Source: Candidatus Bathyarchaeota archaeon
Lineage (GTDB): Archaea; Thermoproteota; Bathyarchaeia; Bathyarchaeales; Bathycorpusculaceae
NCBI GenBank assembly: GCA_963702095.1
Contig: OY969706.1
Location: forward strand, 2,208,001-2,272,000
Reading direction: 5' to 3'
Length of the DNA: 64,000 nt
This document shows positions 1-11,792 of this stretch, piece after piece (positions within the stretch are counted from its first letter, which is position 1; each line of letters starts with the position of its first letter). The position numbers and the translations under genes are program-made. The notes below the pieces were generated by a model, which saw only the letters and a program-made list of their open reading frames with translations, was not told the DNA's origin and searched no databases.

Positions 1-309
1 AAAGGTGACCAAGACATCAGCTTTCAATGCTTTAGCCCGTTTAAAAAGACATTGCAGTGCAGCTCCGTACCCAAGATTTTGGTCATGACGGATAACCACT
101 GCACCTAAGCGTTCTGCAATTTCACCCGTCAAGTCAGATGAGCCGTCATCACATACAACCACGATGTTTGCGTATTTTTGGGCATCCAGAACTACCCGAG
201 CAATGGTTTTCTCCTCATTATAAGCGGGAATGCCGGCTACGACAAGAAGGCTAGTCTTGGCGACTTCTAGTTTTTTAAGTAATTTTTTGGTTTCTTGAAG
301 CTCAACCAT
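1..309 (-). CDS. Glycosyltransferase family 2 (DPM1-like), 3' end truncated by window edge
   Basis: Manual translation from ATG at 309: MVELQETKK...VVAGIPAYNEEKTIARVV...VVVCDDGSSDLT...HDQNLGYGAAL; start overlaps stop of the upstream epimerase (TAATG). Confidence 0.9.
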   Translation of the reverse strand, partial: MVELQETKKLLKKLEVAKTSLLVVAGIPAYNEEKTIARVVLDAQKYANIVVVCDDGSSDLTGEIAERLGAVVIRHDQNLGYGAALQCLFKRAKALKADVLVTF

Positions 310-1253
310 TAGCGCATCAGTTCTTCTTCAAGCAATGCCTGTAAGCCAACTTTTAGACTAACCTTAGGCTCGAAACCTAATAACCTTTTAGCCTTTGAAA
401 TATCTGCGTAGCTGTCTTTAATGTCTCCGCTGCGTGGTTTTTCATGTTTGATTTCGAGGTTCGAGCCGGATAATTCTAAAAGTGTGGTAGCTAATTGGTT
501 GATTGTGACTGCGTTGCCTGTGCCAACATTAAAAACTTCGCCTTCAACACCCTTACCGGTTGCTGATGTGAAAACCGCTTCTGCAACATCTTTGACGTTG
601 ACGAAATCTCGTGTTTGCAAGCCGTCGCCATAGATTACTAGGGGGTCTTTGTTTTTTATGCGGTCTATGAAGCGGGTTATTACTCCGCTGTAGTCGTTCA
701 TGCCCTGTCGTGGTCCGTAAACGTTGAAGAAACGCAAGACAACTGACTGCAAAAGTTGTCGCTCATGGAACCCCAAGCAGTAGTTTTCGCCAACAAGCTT
801 TGACTCTGCGTAGGGCGATAGGGGGTTTGGGGTTGTTTTTTCGTTGACAGGTAAGGTTTGGGGGTTACCGCATACGGCGCAACTCGAAATGAACACAAAC
901 CTGCCAATATTTTTGCTTGCGCTTGCTCGAAGTAAATTCAAAGTTCCAAGCAAATTAATATCAAATGTTAAATCTGGGTTTTCCACCGAAAGCGGGACAC
1001 TAACTAAAGCTGCCAGATGAATGACGGTATCAACGTTTTCAACGCACTTTTCAACAGCCTTGCCATCGCGGATATCAGCGTTAACAAAATTCACTGCACC
1101 CGAATCCAGATGACTCTGGATATTTTTCAGCTTGCCAGTGGAGAGGTTATCGATGACTCTGACGTTATACCCTTCTTTTACCAAGCGGTCAACAACATGG
1201 CTTCCGATAAAGCCAGCCCCACCCGTAACTAAAACGTTCATTGACTTAGGCAA
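309..1253 (-). CDS. galE: NAD-dependent epimerase/dehydratase (UDP-glucose 4-epimerase-like SDR)
   Basis: VLVTGGAGFIGSH, YxxxK (YAESK), RFFNVYGP, QTRDFVNV motifs. Confidence 0.85.
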   Translation of the reverse strand: MPKSMNVLVTGGAGFIGSHVVDRLVKEGYNVRVIDNLSTGKLKNIQSHLDSGAVNFVNADIRDGKAVEKCVENVDTVIHLAALVSVPLSVENPDLTFDINLLGTLNLLRASASKNIGRFVFISSCAVCGNPQTLPVNEKTTPNPLSPYAESKLVGENYCLGFHERQLLQSVVLRFFNVYGPRQGMNDYSGVITRFIDRIKNKDPLVIYGDGLQTRDFVNVKDVAEAVFTSATGKGVEGEVFNVGTGNAVTINQLATTLLELSGSNLEIKHEKPRSGDIKDSYADISKAKRLLGFEPKVSLKVGLQALLEEELMR

Positions 1254-1809
1254 AACAGAAAGTACCCAGCAGTTTATTTAGGGAGTCACTTGTTTGCATG
1301 CATTACAACCAAGTATATAGCAAATGACCTATCAGTTGCCCAGTTTTTAGCAGAGGCGTTACCTAGCTTCTGAGCTATGGCACTGATTTGTTCTGCAAGA
1401 GAGCAGCCGACTGTTCTGGCTAAGCGAACGAATCTGCTTTCTAATAACCCTTCCAACTTACCTACGACTGCAAATATGCTTTTCAGCTAGATATGCACTG
1501 CGGATGGTTTCTGCTACTTTTATCGTCAAATCAACAAGCACTCTGTCAATCCGTGGCAAAGCTTTGAACCATACGCCAGCGCGTATGGCTTTCAACTTCA
1601 GTTTGGCCAATTGTACGCTAGTGAGTATGCTGGAAGGGTTTTCTTGAGAGTTCTTTTTTAGCGTGAAAGGTACACCAGTTAAACCATCTATCCTTCTTTG
1701 AAGCCTAAAAAGTCTTGTGGTAAAACCGCAGAATTAGGCTAGAAACACCCGCAACCTAGCAGAGGCGACTTTTGGCATATTAAACCATAAAAAATGAGCT
1801 TTTGACCAG

Positions 1810-3369
1810 TTATTCGGTTGAATTAAACTTGTAGACGGCCATTTGACCGTACTGATAGACCTGAGTGAACTCAGGGGGTAATGTGGAAACTTGGTACCAG
1901 CCTTCGCCGTTTATCCACCAAACAGTGTAGACTGAGCTATTGCCAGCGACTAAAGCCTGCCTCGAGACGCCAACCATTCCATCTACTAGTACCGTTTCAT
2001 TATTAAGAAAAACCCACATGGGAGCATCCGTTTTAACTTGAATGACGACGGGTCCATGCACATAGATATTCGCTAAATTATACAAAGCGTAATGAATCAC
2101 CACAGCTGAATCATTGGAAGAGTGGGTGTTCACCCAGTTGAAGCAATTCACCAAAGCCGGATTGTCACTTATGGGCAAAGTGTTTTGGAGCATTGAGGAG
2201 GGAATAAAAGATAGGTACGGGTTGGCTGACGAGAACAAGGGGATTTGGTTTTCTGGGCTTGCTGCTAAATAGAAGCCCGATAAAGCCAGCAAAAGCACCA
2301 CATAGGATAGGGCTACTGCCTTTGGAATCAACCGCTTTAGTTTCTTCTTACGCATTGATTGGAAATGCCATAGCTTGTCTAAACCTGCAACTGCAAAGAA
2401 CAGCAGAGGATATACAAGGAGGTTTACCCAGCGATTCCAGTAGTACAAGGGTAAACTGGGAAAAACAGCGAGCAACAGCGGAGCAATGACGCACCAGACT
2501 ATCCAGTATTTTAGAATCCAATCTTTAAGGCCACGGAAGCCTATGGCAACCAAGGGCAAAATTAGGGCATAACAATACACTATTAAGCCGCCTACAAAGA
2601 GAACAAAACTAAGAGAAGGTTCAGAGCCGACATTAGCTACTGGGATAGCGATTGTATTCGTCTGTTGAGAGTAGGTTCTAAATAGAAAGAACGACCCCGC
2701 TAAAAACAGTGAAATAAGAAGGTATAGACCTTCTCTTCTGTTCTCTTTGATTAACAAACGGATGGCTTCGAGCCCCAAAACAAAAATGAGTATAACAGAG
2801 ACTAATTGGTGGCTAAACACGGTCAAAATCATTAGCGTAAAAGCGAGTGGGTACCGCCATTTTGAGTGATAAGCCTTCAGAACCACGAGTGTAGCCAGTA
2901 GGAAAATCAAGGCGAAACTTTGAGAGTAGAGGTCCCAAGAGTTACGTAGTGCGACAAAGTAGGTGCCGACGAGTAGGGCTACAAGAAATGATTTGAAACC
3001 ACTCCAGCCTAAGCCATGCCGAGCATAGAGGTACATCATTAGAGCAACACAGCCCATGAGCAGGGGTCCGAAAATTTTGATTACGGTGGTTATGTTGCCG
3101 ATTAACCAATAGGTCAAGGTTTCAAATGAATAGAACAGTTGGGAACGGATAATAGTTAATGGCCCCGAAAGTAAGATACGCCCGGACTCAATTGTGCTAA
3201 CCATGTTGAGCGTGTCTAGCCCCAAGGGGTATGGCCATGAGAGGATTTCAGGTATACTTCTTATCGACAATGGAATGAAGAACGCCGCTAGGAACCAAAC
3301 GTGCCTTTTGAGCCGAGAAGCCAGCTTGCCAAGGGCGCTATTCATTGGCTGACCCCTAGAAAGTTGCAC
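1810..3369 (-). CDS. Multi-pass membrane protein, probable GT-C fold glycosyltransferase
   Basis: About 12 hydrophobic segments, N-terminal loop YPLGLDT, soluble C-terminal tail, glycosylation locus context. Confidence 0.6.
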   Translation of the reverse strand: MQLSRGQPMNSALGKLASRLKRHVWFLAAFFIPLSIRSIPEILSWPYPLGLDTLNMVSTIESGRILLSGPLTIIRSQLFYSFETLTYWLIGNITTVIKIFGPLLMGCVALMMYLYARHGLGWSGFKSFLVALLVGTYFVALRNSWDLYSQSFALIFLLATLVVLKAYHSKWRYPLAFTLMILTVFSHQLVSVILIFVLGLEAIRLLIKENRREGLYLLISLFLAGSFFLFRTYSQQTNTIAIPVANVGSEPSLSFVLFVGGLIVYCYALILPLVAIGFRGLKDWILKYWIVWCVIAPLLLAVFPSLPLYYWNRWVNLLVYPLLFFAVAGLDKLWHFQSMRKKKLKRLIPKAVALSYVVLLLALSGFYLAASPENQIPLFSSANPYLSFIPSSMLQNTLPISDNPALVNCFNWVNTHSSNDSAVVIHYALYNLANIYVHGPVVIQVKTDAPMWVFLNNETVLVDGMVGVSRQALVAGNSSVYTVWWINGEGWYQVSTLPPEFTQVYQYGQMAVYKFNSTE

Positions 3370-3532
3370 CCGTGGGGCAAACCCTAAAGCGGCACATATT
3401 CACTCGTAAGACAGCGACATCCATAGGATACACGCCATTAACTCCCTTCATGCCCGTTATTAAATTTACGCCATAAAACGGAATTTTAAGCCGACAATTG
3501 CAAATCAAGAAGCAAACACACTGGTTAAACTG

Positions 3533-4888
3533 CTACTTTCTTAACGTCCAAACAAAATAAAGCAACAGCAAAGAAAACAAGCAGCTCAAAACCGCCAACC
3601 CAGCAACCCGCAACGGGTCCAGCCACCAAACAACATGCACCATACCAACTAAGCCATCAGCCGCCCAAGGAGCAAGGGGCAAAAAGAAAAACGGCAACGG
3701 ACAATTCAGCACCGCAAACAGCAGCACCACACCCGAAGCAGCCCAAAACAGCGCCCCCCGAACCCGCCCAACCGCAAACAGAACAATCAGAAACGGCAGC
3801 GCCCAAACAAACCACTGCTCAGAGACAATACGGTAAGTCAAAAACAACGCGGCGACGCAGAAGAGCATGGTTATGCTCAGGTCCAGCAGGGGCTGCTCAT
3901 AGCGGAGTTTGCTACTGTACCAATACACCAAGGCCAAAGCCGCCACAAAAAGCGCCAGCGACACGGCAGAAACAAGAAATTCAATGCTGCCGGTTGCTGG
4001 AAGGATTCTGCTCAGGGTTGCCCAATATGTTAAGCCGAAACTGTAGGGTCCAAGCGGGGTGACTGCGCCGAAGTTGGTGCCGCCGCTTTGAAGCAAAAAG
4101 AAGTCAGAGACAAAAGTTGCAACTGCACCCAAGTAGGGCAGAAACAGCACCAAAGAAGTGGCGGCGAAAACGCCCATGAACTTGCCCAGGCTTTTCGACC
4201 GTGCACCCGCTGGATAGGTTTTGTAGAGAAAAAACGCTATGGGTACAAGGAACATGATTGGGTACAGCTTTAGCGCAACCGCCAAACTAAACGAAACAGC
4301 GGAGAATGCAAACCGCTTTTTTACTAGCAGAAACAATGCGGCAAGCGAGAACAGTGCCGGCAGGGTGTCCCACATGCCCCAGCCCGCGGATATCCAGATT
4401 ACGTAGGGGTTGAGAAACCATAGTGCCGCTGCCACCCATGCGAGGTGCTTGTTGGGTGTTAATTCTTCGACGGTCTTGTAGAGTAGGACTGCGACCGCAA
4501 TGTCGGAGATTAGGAAGGGGATTTTGACGACAAAGTCGAATAGCATGCCTGGGACGACGGCAATGGTGTAGGAGGGATAGAAGTTCAGTGCTGACGGAAG
4601 GTTGGACATGGCTATGGTGCCTGTGGGCAGGACAGTGGAGAGGGCGCTGTAGCTGTACGCGACTGGGACCATCAGGTAGTGGTACCAGAGCGGCGGAAAA
4701 CCCTGCAAGTAAAGCGGACCGTTTTTGAGGATGCTCTCGGAGACGTTGTACCAGACGTATATGTCGAAGGGGTGGGCTGAGATGGGCATCAGAACCAACC
4801 GCACCACTATGCCTACCGCTAGGATCGTTGCTAATTTGTGTGTGGACAAGAATTTGCGGGACCACTCCAAACTCATCGTCTTCCGCAT
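3533..4888 (-). CDS. GT-C membrane glycosyltransferase (GT87/PIG-M-like)
   Basis: HPFDIYVW, FPPLW, KIPFLISD, FLNPYVIWISAGWGMWD, ALKLYP motifs. Confidence 0.8.
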   Translation of the reverse strand: MRKTMSLEWSRKFLSTHKLATILAVGIVVRLVLMPISAHPFDIYVWYNVSESILKNGPLYLQGFPPLWYHYLMVPVAYSYSALSTVLPTGTIAMSNLPSALNFYPSYTIAVVPGMLFDFVVKIPFLISDIAVAVLLYKTVEELTPNKHLAWVAAALWFLNPYVIWISAGWGMWDTLPALFSLAALFLLVKKRFAFSAVSFSLAVALKLYPIMFLVPIAFFLYKTYPAGARSKSLGKFMGVFAATSLVLFLPYLGAVATFVSDFFLLQSGGTNFGAVTPLGPYSFGLTYWATLSRILPATGSIEFLVSAVSLALFVAALALVYWYSSKLRYEQPLLDLSITMLFCVAALFLTYRIVSEQWFVWALPFLIVLFAVGRVRGALFWAASGVVLLFAVLNCPLPFFFLPLAPWAADGLVGMVHVVWWLDPLRVAGLAVLSCLFSLLLLYFVWTLRK

Positions 4889-5012
4889 TTTATCTAGCTA
4901 TTTCTTGTTTATTAAACGTACACTTGGTTTGTGGTTTGGAAAGTTATTTTAATAAATTAAGCGCAATTATTACCGTAAGCCGAAATCTGTCGGCTGAGAC
5001 GCGGCGAGTTTT

Positions 5013-6294
5013 TTGAGTAGTTACCGAAATTACATATTTGAACTTCTAAAAAAGAAAGGCCACCGAGTTGCCACGGACCCAGCGGGGGCAATACGCGAGT
5101 TTATAGAGGAAAAAAAGTTTGAGCAAAACCTAAAGCTGCTTGACCAACAGGACTTCACCCAAAACGATCTACAAAAAAACAACGCAGTAATGAATGGCTT
5201 CCGTACACTAACGAATTTTGAGCCAAAAACAATCAACTGGTTTCTACCGACCTTTGAACACGCCTATGGCGGAATCTATACCATCCTACGCTTTGCCGAG
5301 CACTTCCACAACGAAAAAGGCATAGAAAACAACTTTATCATCTGCGGAGCCGAAGAAAACGCATTAGCAAACGCCAAAGACGCAATCACCAAAGTATTCC
5401 CCAGCCTCGCAAACCAAAAAACTCTACACCTATCGGACAGCTATCTGGGTAATGTGCCAGACTCAGACATTTCCGTAGCAACCTACTGGACAACAGCCTA
5501 CCACCTGCTAAAATTTAACAGGACCAAAGGAAAATTCTACTTCATTCAAGATTATGAACCTCTCTTTTTCCTCGCTAGCTTCACCTATGGCTTGGCAGAA
5601 GCAACTTACCGTTTTGGGTTCCACGAAATAATAAATACGGTGGGGGTATGCAATGAAGTAACAAGGGGTAACGGTGGAATCGCAGAATACTTTACGCCAT
5701 GTGTCGACAGCAAAGTATTCTATCCCCCACAACAGAGCGAAGCCGAAACAGACAAACCCTTCACAATCTTCTTTTATGGTCGCCCAAACCCAAGAAACGG
5801 ATTTGAGCTCGGAATACAATCCCTAAAGCAACTCAAAGAAAAGTATGGCAACAGAGTAAAAATTTTCTCTGCCGGCAGCAAATGGAACCAAGAAATCTAT
5901 GACTCCGAAGGCGAAATCGAAAATCTGGGTGTACTGCCCTATGAAAAAACAGGGGGCTTGTACCGGAGCTGCGACTTAGGGGTCGTCTTTATGTTTACTA
6001 AGCATCCGTCTTATTTGCCGTTTGAGTTAATGGCTTGCGGCTGCCCAGTGCTCACAAACAGAAATGCAGCTACCACATGGCTACTAAAAGACAACATCAA
6101 CTGTGCTCTAGCCGAGCCAACGGTTTCAGCCGTATGTGAAAGAATCGAATCAGTAATGGCCAGATCCAGAACTACGCCAAACACTCTCGGCTAACGGTAT
6201 AGCAACAGTTGGGCAGACAAACTGGTATGACGAGATAGAAAAAATCTACCGCTATATCTGCAACAACAAGCAAGGCAGGGACAAAAAGGCTTGA
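5013..6294 (+). CDS. Glycosyltransferase family 4 (WsaF-like), with an apparent frameshift near 6160
   Basis: YGGIYTILRFA, SVATYWTTA, YFIQDYEP, PFELMACGCPV; the natural C-terminus DPELRQTLSANG...WYDEIEKIY continues in another frame to TGA at 6294. Confidence 0.8.
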
Positions 6295-7241
6295 AATGCA
6301 GGATCTGCAGCAATGATGTCGGCAACCGTCTCTTCGCAGTTAAGGAGATGTTTTTTGGCACACACGAGACATTCGACTACTTAGAATGTGGATCGTGCGG
6401 ATGCCTACAGCTAACCCAAATACCCCAAGATATTTCAAAATACTACCCTTCGGAGTACCACCAAACAAGCCATAACCTTAGTCTAGGGGATAAAGTCAAA
6501 AACTCAGCAGCAAGGATAGCAATCAAAACCCAAATTAAATTAAACAGGAGGTTTATTGGCGCAAACACGTTTCCTGCTTCAATTTTTTTTGATTTACCAC
6601 AGAAAACCCACTTGAGCTATTATTCAAGAATACTAGAAGTCGGCTGCGGTAGAGGCGAACTGCTAAAATGGATGAGGGGCATGGGCTTTAAGAATGTACT
6701 CGGAATCGACCCATATGTAGCAGAAGGCAACAAGTGTGACGTCGAAATCAGAAAGGACCCAATCGACACTATCCCCGAGGACGGCTCCTTTGACCTCATA
6801 ATTTTCGATCACTCTTTTGAACACATTTTCGAAGAAGCCCAGACGCTAAGGGAGGTAAAAAGGCTACTTTCACCTAAGGGTTCATGCCTAATCCGAGTGC
6901 CGATTAAGTCGGAGTACATTTGGCAGAAGTACAGCGTAAACTGGGTTCAAATTGACGGACCCAGACACTTTTATTTACATACGCAGAAAAGCCTCAGAAT
7001 CTTAGCCGACCAAGCCCAATTAACTATCGATAAGACAGTTTTCGATTCGTCCGAATTTCAGTTCTGGGCAAGTGAACAATGCCTCGCCGGAATTCCGCTG
7101 CGTGCAGAAAATTCCTATTGGGTTAACCCAAGTAAATCCATCTTTAATCAGATCCAAATGCAGCAATACAGGAAACAAGCAACCGAACTAAACCGCACGC
7201 AACAGGGTGATCAAGCAGCATTCTACCTAACGAAGAAGTAA
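6291..7241 (+). CDS. Class I SAM-dependent methyltransferase with N-terminal zinc ribbon
   Basis: CRIC...CGSCG, ILEVGCGRG, HSFEH, PRHFYLHT. Confidence 0.85.
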   Translation: MKCRICSNDVGNRLFAVKEMFFGTHETFDYLECGSCGCLQLTQIPQDISKYYPSEYHQTSHNLSLGDKVKNSAARIAIKTQIKLNRRFIGANTFPASIFFDLPQKTHLSYYSRILEVGCGRGELLKWMRGMGFKNVLGIDPYVAEGNKCDVEIRKDPIDTIPEDGSFDLIIFDHSFEHIFEEAQTLREVKRLLSPKGSCLIRVPIKSEYIWQKYSVNWVQIDGPRHFYLHTQKSLRILADQAQLTIDKTVFDSSEFQFWASEQCLAGIPLRAENSYWVNPSKSIFNQIQMQQYRKQATELNRTQQGDQAAFYLTKK

Positions 7242-7244
7242 AAC

Positions 7245-9748
7245 TCATGTCTTTGGTCTCTTCAATACCAAAGGTATGCTTAAGAGGGCAACCGCTAAGG
7301 GTATTACCATAGCTAAGTAGACAGGGATAAAATAGTAACCATAGGACTTCTGTGAAAACTGTAGGTAGTTTAACTTAACTGAGAAGCCGTAGTCGCCGCC
7401 GCTGAGTTTTCCGAAGGAAACAGTTTTTGCTGGTTCAAGGGTAAAGGAGTGGTTGCCGGCTTCGACTTTGCTGTAGGCTGGAGCAGTTAGGAAGGATAGG
7501 TTGATTTCGGTTGAGTCAAAAGGAACTTGCTGTATGCTTTGTGAGCCATTGTCAATGAACAAGGTTCGCTCAACGCTGGTTGCAGGTTGCCAGTTGAGGG
7601 CAGAATACATTTGCGTTATGGACGCCACAGAAGAAGTAAGGTTGCCATAGATGTTTGACCCAATCATCAACGTTACGTCGGCTCCAAGCGAACTGTTCTC
7701 TAAACTCAGCGGCTTATTGTTTACCCATGAGTAGAAGCCATTGTCTGTAAATTTGAAGGCTAAAAGGTTCCATCCGGTGGCTGAAAAATTGTTGTAGTTG
7801 ATGGCTGCCGATGACTGGTTATGCGTGGCTAAGTTGTTGTAGTAGAGGGATGCGGCATGATTGGAAACGGTGTATTGAATTAGGCTTTGCGGGGTTCCGA
7901 AGTGGAAAAGGAGGTTTTGGGATGTGTTGTTTTCTGGAAACTTGAATCCGATGAGGTAGTACCGGTCCTGTGATGATTCGTTGAAGCCATAGTTTATGAA
8001 ACTGCAACGGCCCCATACGGTAAACGCCCTCATCAGTGTAAAAGAGGTGTGTGTTGACTTTCTGAGGGGCGACGCCACTCTGCCACTTTGGGTTCACTGC
8101 TGACAGGTTTGAAGATGCAAAGTCTGGCTGCACAGCTACTCCCAAGGAGTAAATATCGGTTTTTAACAGTTCAAAGCGCCCGTAACTTTCGGTTTGCAAA
8201 CTAAAACGCAGGTTAAGGTCTGTTTCCTGATACGTTAGAGGATGACTAAAAGCAATAGGCTGCGACCAATTATTATACACGACCAATCCAGCCCAGGACA
8301 GATAGTAAGTTCCAGAAAGGGGTGAAGAATCATAACTGCTTGCTGCTGGGAAAAGGTAGAGGGGGAAAACCTGCTGGTTAGAAGCGACAATCGGCTGCGA
8401 AAGGGCCCCATTGAAACCTAAACCCAAAAGCAAGAGCAGCACGACCGCCAAAGCGACGAGAGCTTTCTTTTTGGATGTTAAAGCGTGGCTCCAGCGTCCA
8501 ATCCATGCATTGGAAGGGCTGGGAGAGGCGTCGGCGTCTGATGTACGGTTATTTGGGGCAAGGCAGAACCATGAAACCGCAACCACTGTTCCCAGCAAAA
8601 AGAGGTTAAACAGAAATATCCAGCCCGAGTAGAGTTGGGGCGAAGACACCATCAAAGGAATATCCAACTGCAGTAGCGGATAAGCAAAATAAAATAGTCC
8701 CGTCTGCACCCCGTTGCCGATTATGAAGCTTATGAAAAATATGCCTACAAAGACGGGTAGGCTGGTCAATAGCAGTTTTTTGTTGAATGAGAGTTTGGAG
8801 TTGGAGGTTAGGGCTAGCAAGACGCCGATGGGGTAGAGCCAGAGAAAATAATCCGCTAAAGGCACGGCAGACGTATAAATGAACATAAGAAGGACAAAAA
8901 ACAGTGCGGCGGGCTCATGGTACTTCAGGTTTTTTAGCAGAAGCGGAATGGCTAAGCCTAATACGGCTAAGAAGACCAGATAGGGCAACTGGGGAATACC
9001 CATCCAATACTGGAACCCCTGCACCCCAGACATGTTAATAACAGCGCCTGAAAGTGCACCCGCATAATTGTACAACTCACCCCTAAAGAAAGCAAACTCA
9101 ACCGCGAACAGCGCCCCAGCCTCAGCAACGGCGATCACCAGGGCGGAAGCTTTCTGTTTTGCACCTGCAGCGTCATAGAATACAAGCGCTGGGATAAGCA
9201 GCAAAGCATACCGGTAGATGAAGGCACTTATCAAGATGGGGAAAAACCCGACCAAGTACCGTTTGATGTTGCTTCCGCCAAAATCCACATACCGAAGCAA
9301 AGCATAGCCCAATGTGAAGAAGAATACGGGTAGAATGTCGACTTGTGTCCAGAAATAGTTAACGTAGAGGACGGCGGGGTTGAGAAGCGTGAACAGCAGA
9401 ACGGCGTCGGCGTAGGCAGGTTTTATTTTTTGGGTGATGCGGTAGAGCAAAAAAGCTGTGAGGAGAGTGAAGAAGAATAGAATCAACTTTAGTGCGACGA
9501 CTGAAGCATAGAGGTTGAAGCCAGAGTAGAGGTAGGTCAGGTATAGTGGGGTTAGAAACATGAAGGAGAAGAATCCGCACTGGCCACGCATTGTTAACCA
9601 TCACAGGCGCGGAGCTGGTTATGATGCTGCCAAGCGAAACCCAGCAGCGAACGTTGAAAGCGTCGTAGGTTGGTAGCAAAGCTAACGCTAAGTTCACAGC
9701 TATGGCGACGTATAGGAGGATGAGGGTTCGGTTCTTGATCGGTTTCAC
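7245..9748 (-). CDS. Large membrane protein (GT-C-like N-terminus, extracellular beta-rich C-domain, C-terminal anchor), split by two frameshifts (~9578, ~8020)
   Basis: Three overlapping ORFs (9359-9865, 7819-9591, 7245-8078) join into one coherent protein; GTG start at 9748 overlaps the upstream TGA; LLNPAVLYVNYFWTQVD motif. Confidence 0.65.
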
Positions 9749-10656
9749 CTTTGATAGGGGTAGAGTATCTCTTTGCGCAGAATCTTTGGCAACACTAAGT
9801 GGTGAATCAGAATCAGGACAAGCCTGAAGCCCAAATTTTTGATTCCCGAATGCTTCATAGACCACAAAGCGTTTTCCTTTTGATCCTGATACCGTGCTGG
9901 AGAATAGAGCGAGTAAAAAGTCGACAGGGTGTTGGACTTGTTTAACTTTAGGCTCACCATCGCTGTCGACTTAATATAACCGTTAACCAATCTGTTGCGG
10001 AGACTACAGTTTTTTAGGTTGCGTCCAAAAGGCTGGAAAATCAGAACTTCGTTGAGACGCACCGCCACGTAGCCGCTTTCTTTAACCCTACGGCTGAACT
10101 CTAAATCTGCCCAATCCACAAAAAAATCCGGGTTATAACCGCCACAGTGGTTGAAAACCTCCACATTAGTGAATACCCCAGAAGTGATAACTGAACTTAT
10201 GATTGAGTAGCGATCGGTAAACCCGAGTGTTGAGTTAAAGTATCCTTCGTCGTTGGTTATTATAGGCGCTAAAACCCCCACAGGCACCTCCTGCAACGTT
10301 AATTCCCTCCAGCAGCTCTTGGCTTTGCGTATCCAGTCGACGTCAAAGTTGGCGTCGTCATCGAAGAAGTAGAGCCAAAACACCCCAAGAGTCTGGGCAA
10401 AGGCGACTGATTTGTTGTAGGCTTTAGAGATTCCCAAATTCTCGTTGTTCTTGAGCAAAACAAACTTTGGATGGCTACTGCAGAACCTCTCCAAGTACCC
10501 AATCACGAACGGATCGGAGCTGTTGTCGCAGATTATTACGTAATCTACCAGTTCCGAGGCTTTTTCAAAGTTTCTGAGGCTTGGAACCTTGTTGTAAGTT
10601 ACCGTTATAATGGCGCTCTTTGCAGTTTCAGATTCACCTTTAACGTGTGACGTCAT
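9745..10656 (-). CDS. Glycosyltransferase family 2 (rhamnosyltransferase-like)
   Basis: IICDNSS, NLGISKAYN, FFDDDA, ITSG, FFVDWADLEF. Confidence 0.85.
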   Translation of the reverse strand: MTSHVKGESETAKSAIITVTYNKVPSLRNFEKASELVDYVIICDNSSDPFVIGYLERFCSSHPKFVLLKNNENLGISKAYNKSVAFAQTLGVFWLYFFDDDANFDVDWIRKAKSCWRELTLQEVPVGVLAPIITNDEGYFNSTLGFTDRYSIISSVITSGVFTNVEVFNHCGGYNPDFFVDWADLEFSRRVKESGYVAVRLNEVLIFQPFGRNLKNCSLRNRLVNGYIKSTAMVSLKLNKSNTLSTFYSLYSPARYQDQKENALWSMKHSGIKNLGFRLVLILIHHLVLPKILRKEILYPYQR

Positions 10657-10658
10657 GG

Positions 10659-11756
10659 CTAAAGCAACCTTCTAAGGATTCCCAAAGCATAAGCTACATC
10701 CAACAACACCACATAACCCCCCGACTCCAAAAGCGCAGCCAACCTCCGAGTCCTCCGCCAAAAACGCCAGAACCCAATCCGAAATAACACCGCCTGAGTA
10801 TAAAACAAGCCCACCCCCAAAACCAAAACCAACAACGGAAGCACCAAAGAACTACCAACCAAAAAAGCAACACCGAACGCCACTATTGCTATGGTTTCCA
10901 CCGTTAGGAAGAGGATACGGGCGAGTTTTTCTTTGAAGTAACCCGTTGATTTTAGCCATTTTCGGTTCGAGTATCGCCATGCGTCGAAGACTGATTTACC
11001 ATAGAGAAACTCTTTTTTGAGGAAGAAACTGAGGGTAGCAGGGTCACGGTGGCCGACTTCACAGGCGGTGGCGTTGCTGGTGACTAATTTCTGGTTTTTG
11101 CGAACTATGGAGGATAGGATGATGTCTTGGGCGGTGAAGGGGTTGGCGGAGCCTTTTGAGAACAATTCAGAAAGGACATGTTTGTTTAGTAAGTCGGCTT
11201 TTGTGAAGGCGATTTCGGCTTCAACTGCTTCGTTGGAATGTAACTCGTTTGTGGAGTTTGCGGGGTCAAACACATCCAAATTCGCGATGCGCCGCTTGTA
11301 GAAAACATATTTTTTAAAGTCGGTTCCAGCGTCGATAACCAGCTTCGAGGTCACGATGCTTAGGGGACTGGATTCAAGCAGTTCAACCAACCGCCCCAAA
11401 TACTGCGGGCTAAGAGGAACAATATCTTGCTCCAAAACAAGGATACTCTCATGGCGACAGTGCTTCATGTTTTCTTTTATTGAGCAGTAGAGACCGAGTC
11501 TTTGGGGGTTGTTTCGGTACTGAAAAGGCACACTGCCGAAGGGTACAAGATCCGCGATTTGGCTTGCGAAGTCTGCGCCGTCGTTGGCGATGACTACTTC
11601 GAAGTTGCGGTACTCCTGGTTAGCTAAAGCTTGCAATATCTGTCTGATGTCGCTGATGTCTGGGTTGTAGGTGGGGATTAAAACAGAAATGCCCTTAACT
11701 ATATTTTGTTGTTGACTCAAAAATAAGGTGTCTCCTAAAAAACCGATAAAACACAA
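10659..11756 (-). CDS. Glycosyltransferase family 2 with C-terminal TM helices
   Basis: ISVLIPTYN, VVIANDG, LEQD. Confidence 0.8.
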   Translation of the reverse strand: MCFIGFLGDTLFLSQQQNIVKGISVLIPTYNPDISDIRQILQALANQEYRNFEVVIANDGADFASQIADLVPFGSVPFQYRNNPQRLGLYCSIKENMKHCRHESILVLEQDIVPLSPQYLGRLVELLESSPLSIVTSKLVIDAGTDFKKYVFYKRRIANLDVFDPANSTNELHSNEAVEAEIAFTKADLLNKHVLSELFSKGSANPFTAQDIILSSIVRKNQKLVTSNATACEVGHRDPATLSFFLKKEFLYGKSVFDAWRYSNRKWLKSTGYFKEKLARILFLTVETIAIVAFGVAFLVGSSLVLPLLVLVLGVGLFYTQAVLFRIGFWRFWRRTRRLAALLESGGYVVLLDVAYALGILRRLL

Positions 11757-11792
11757 AGAGAAGATGAGTGCGAGAAAAAGCAGAAAGTGCGC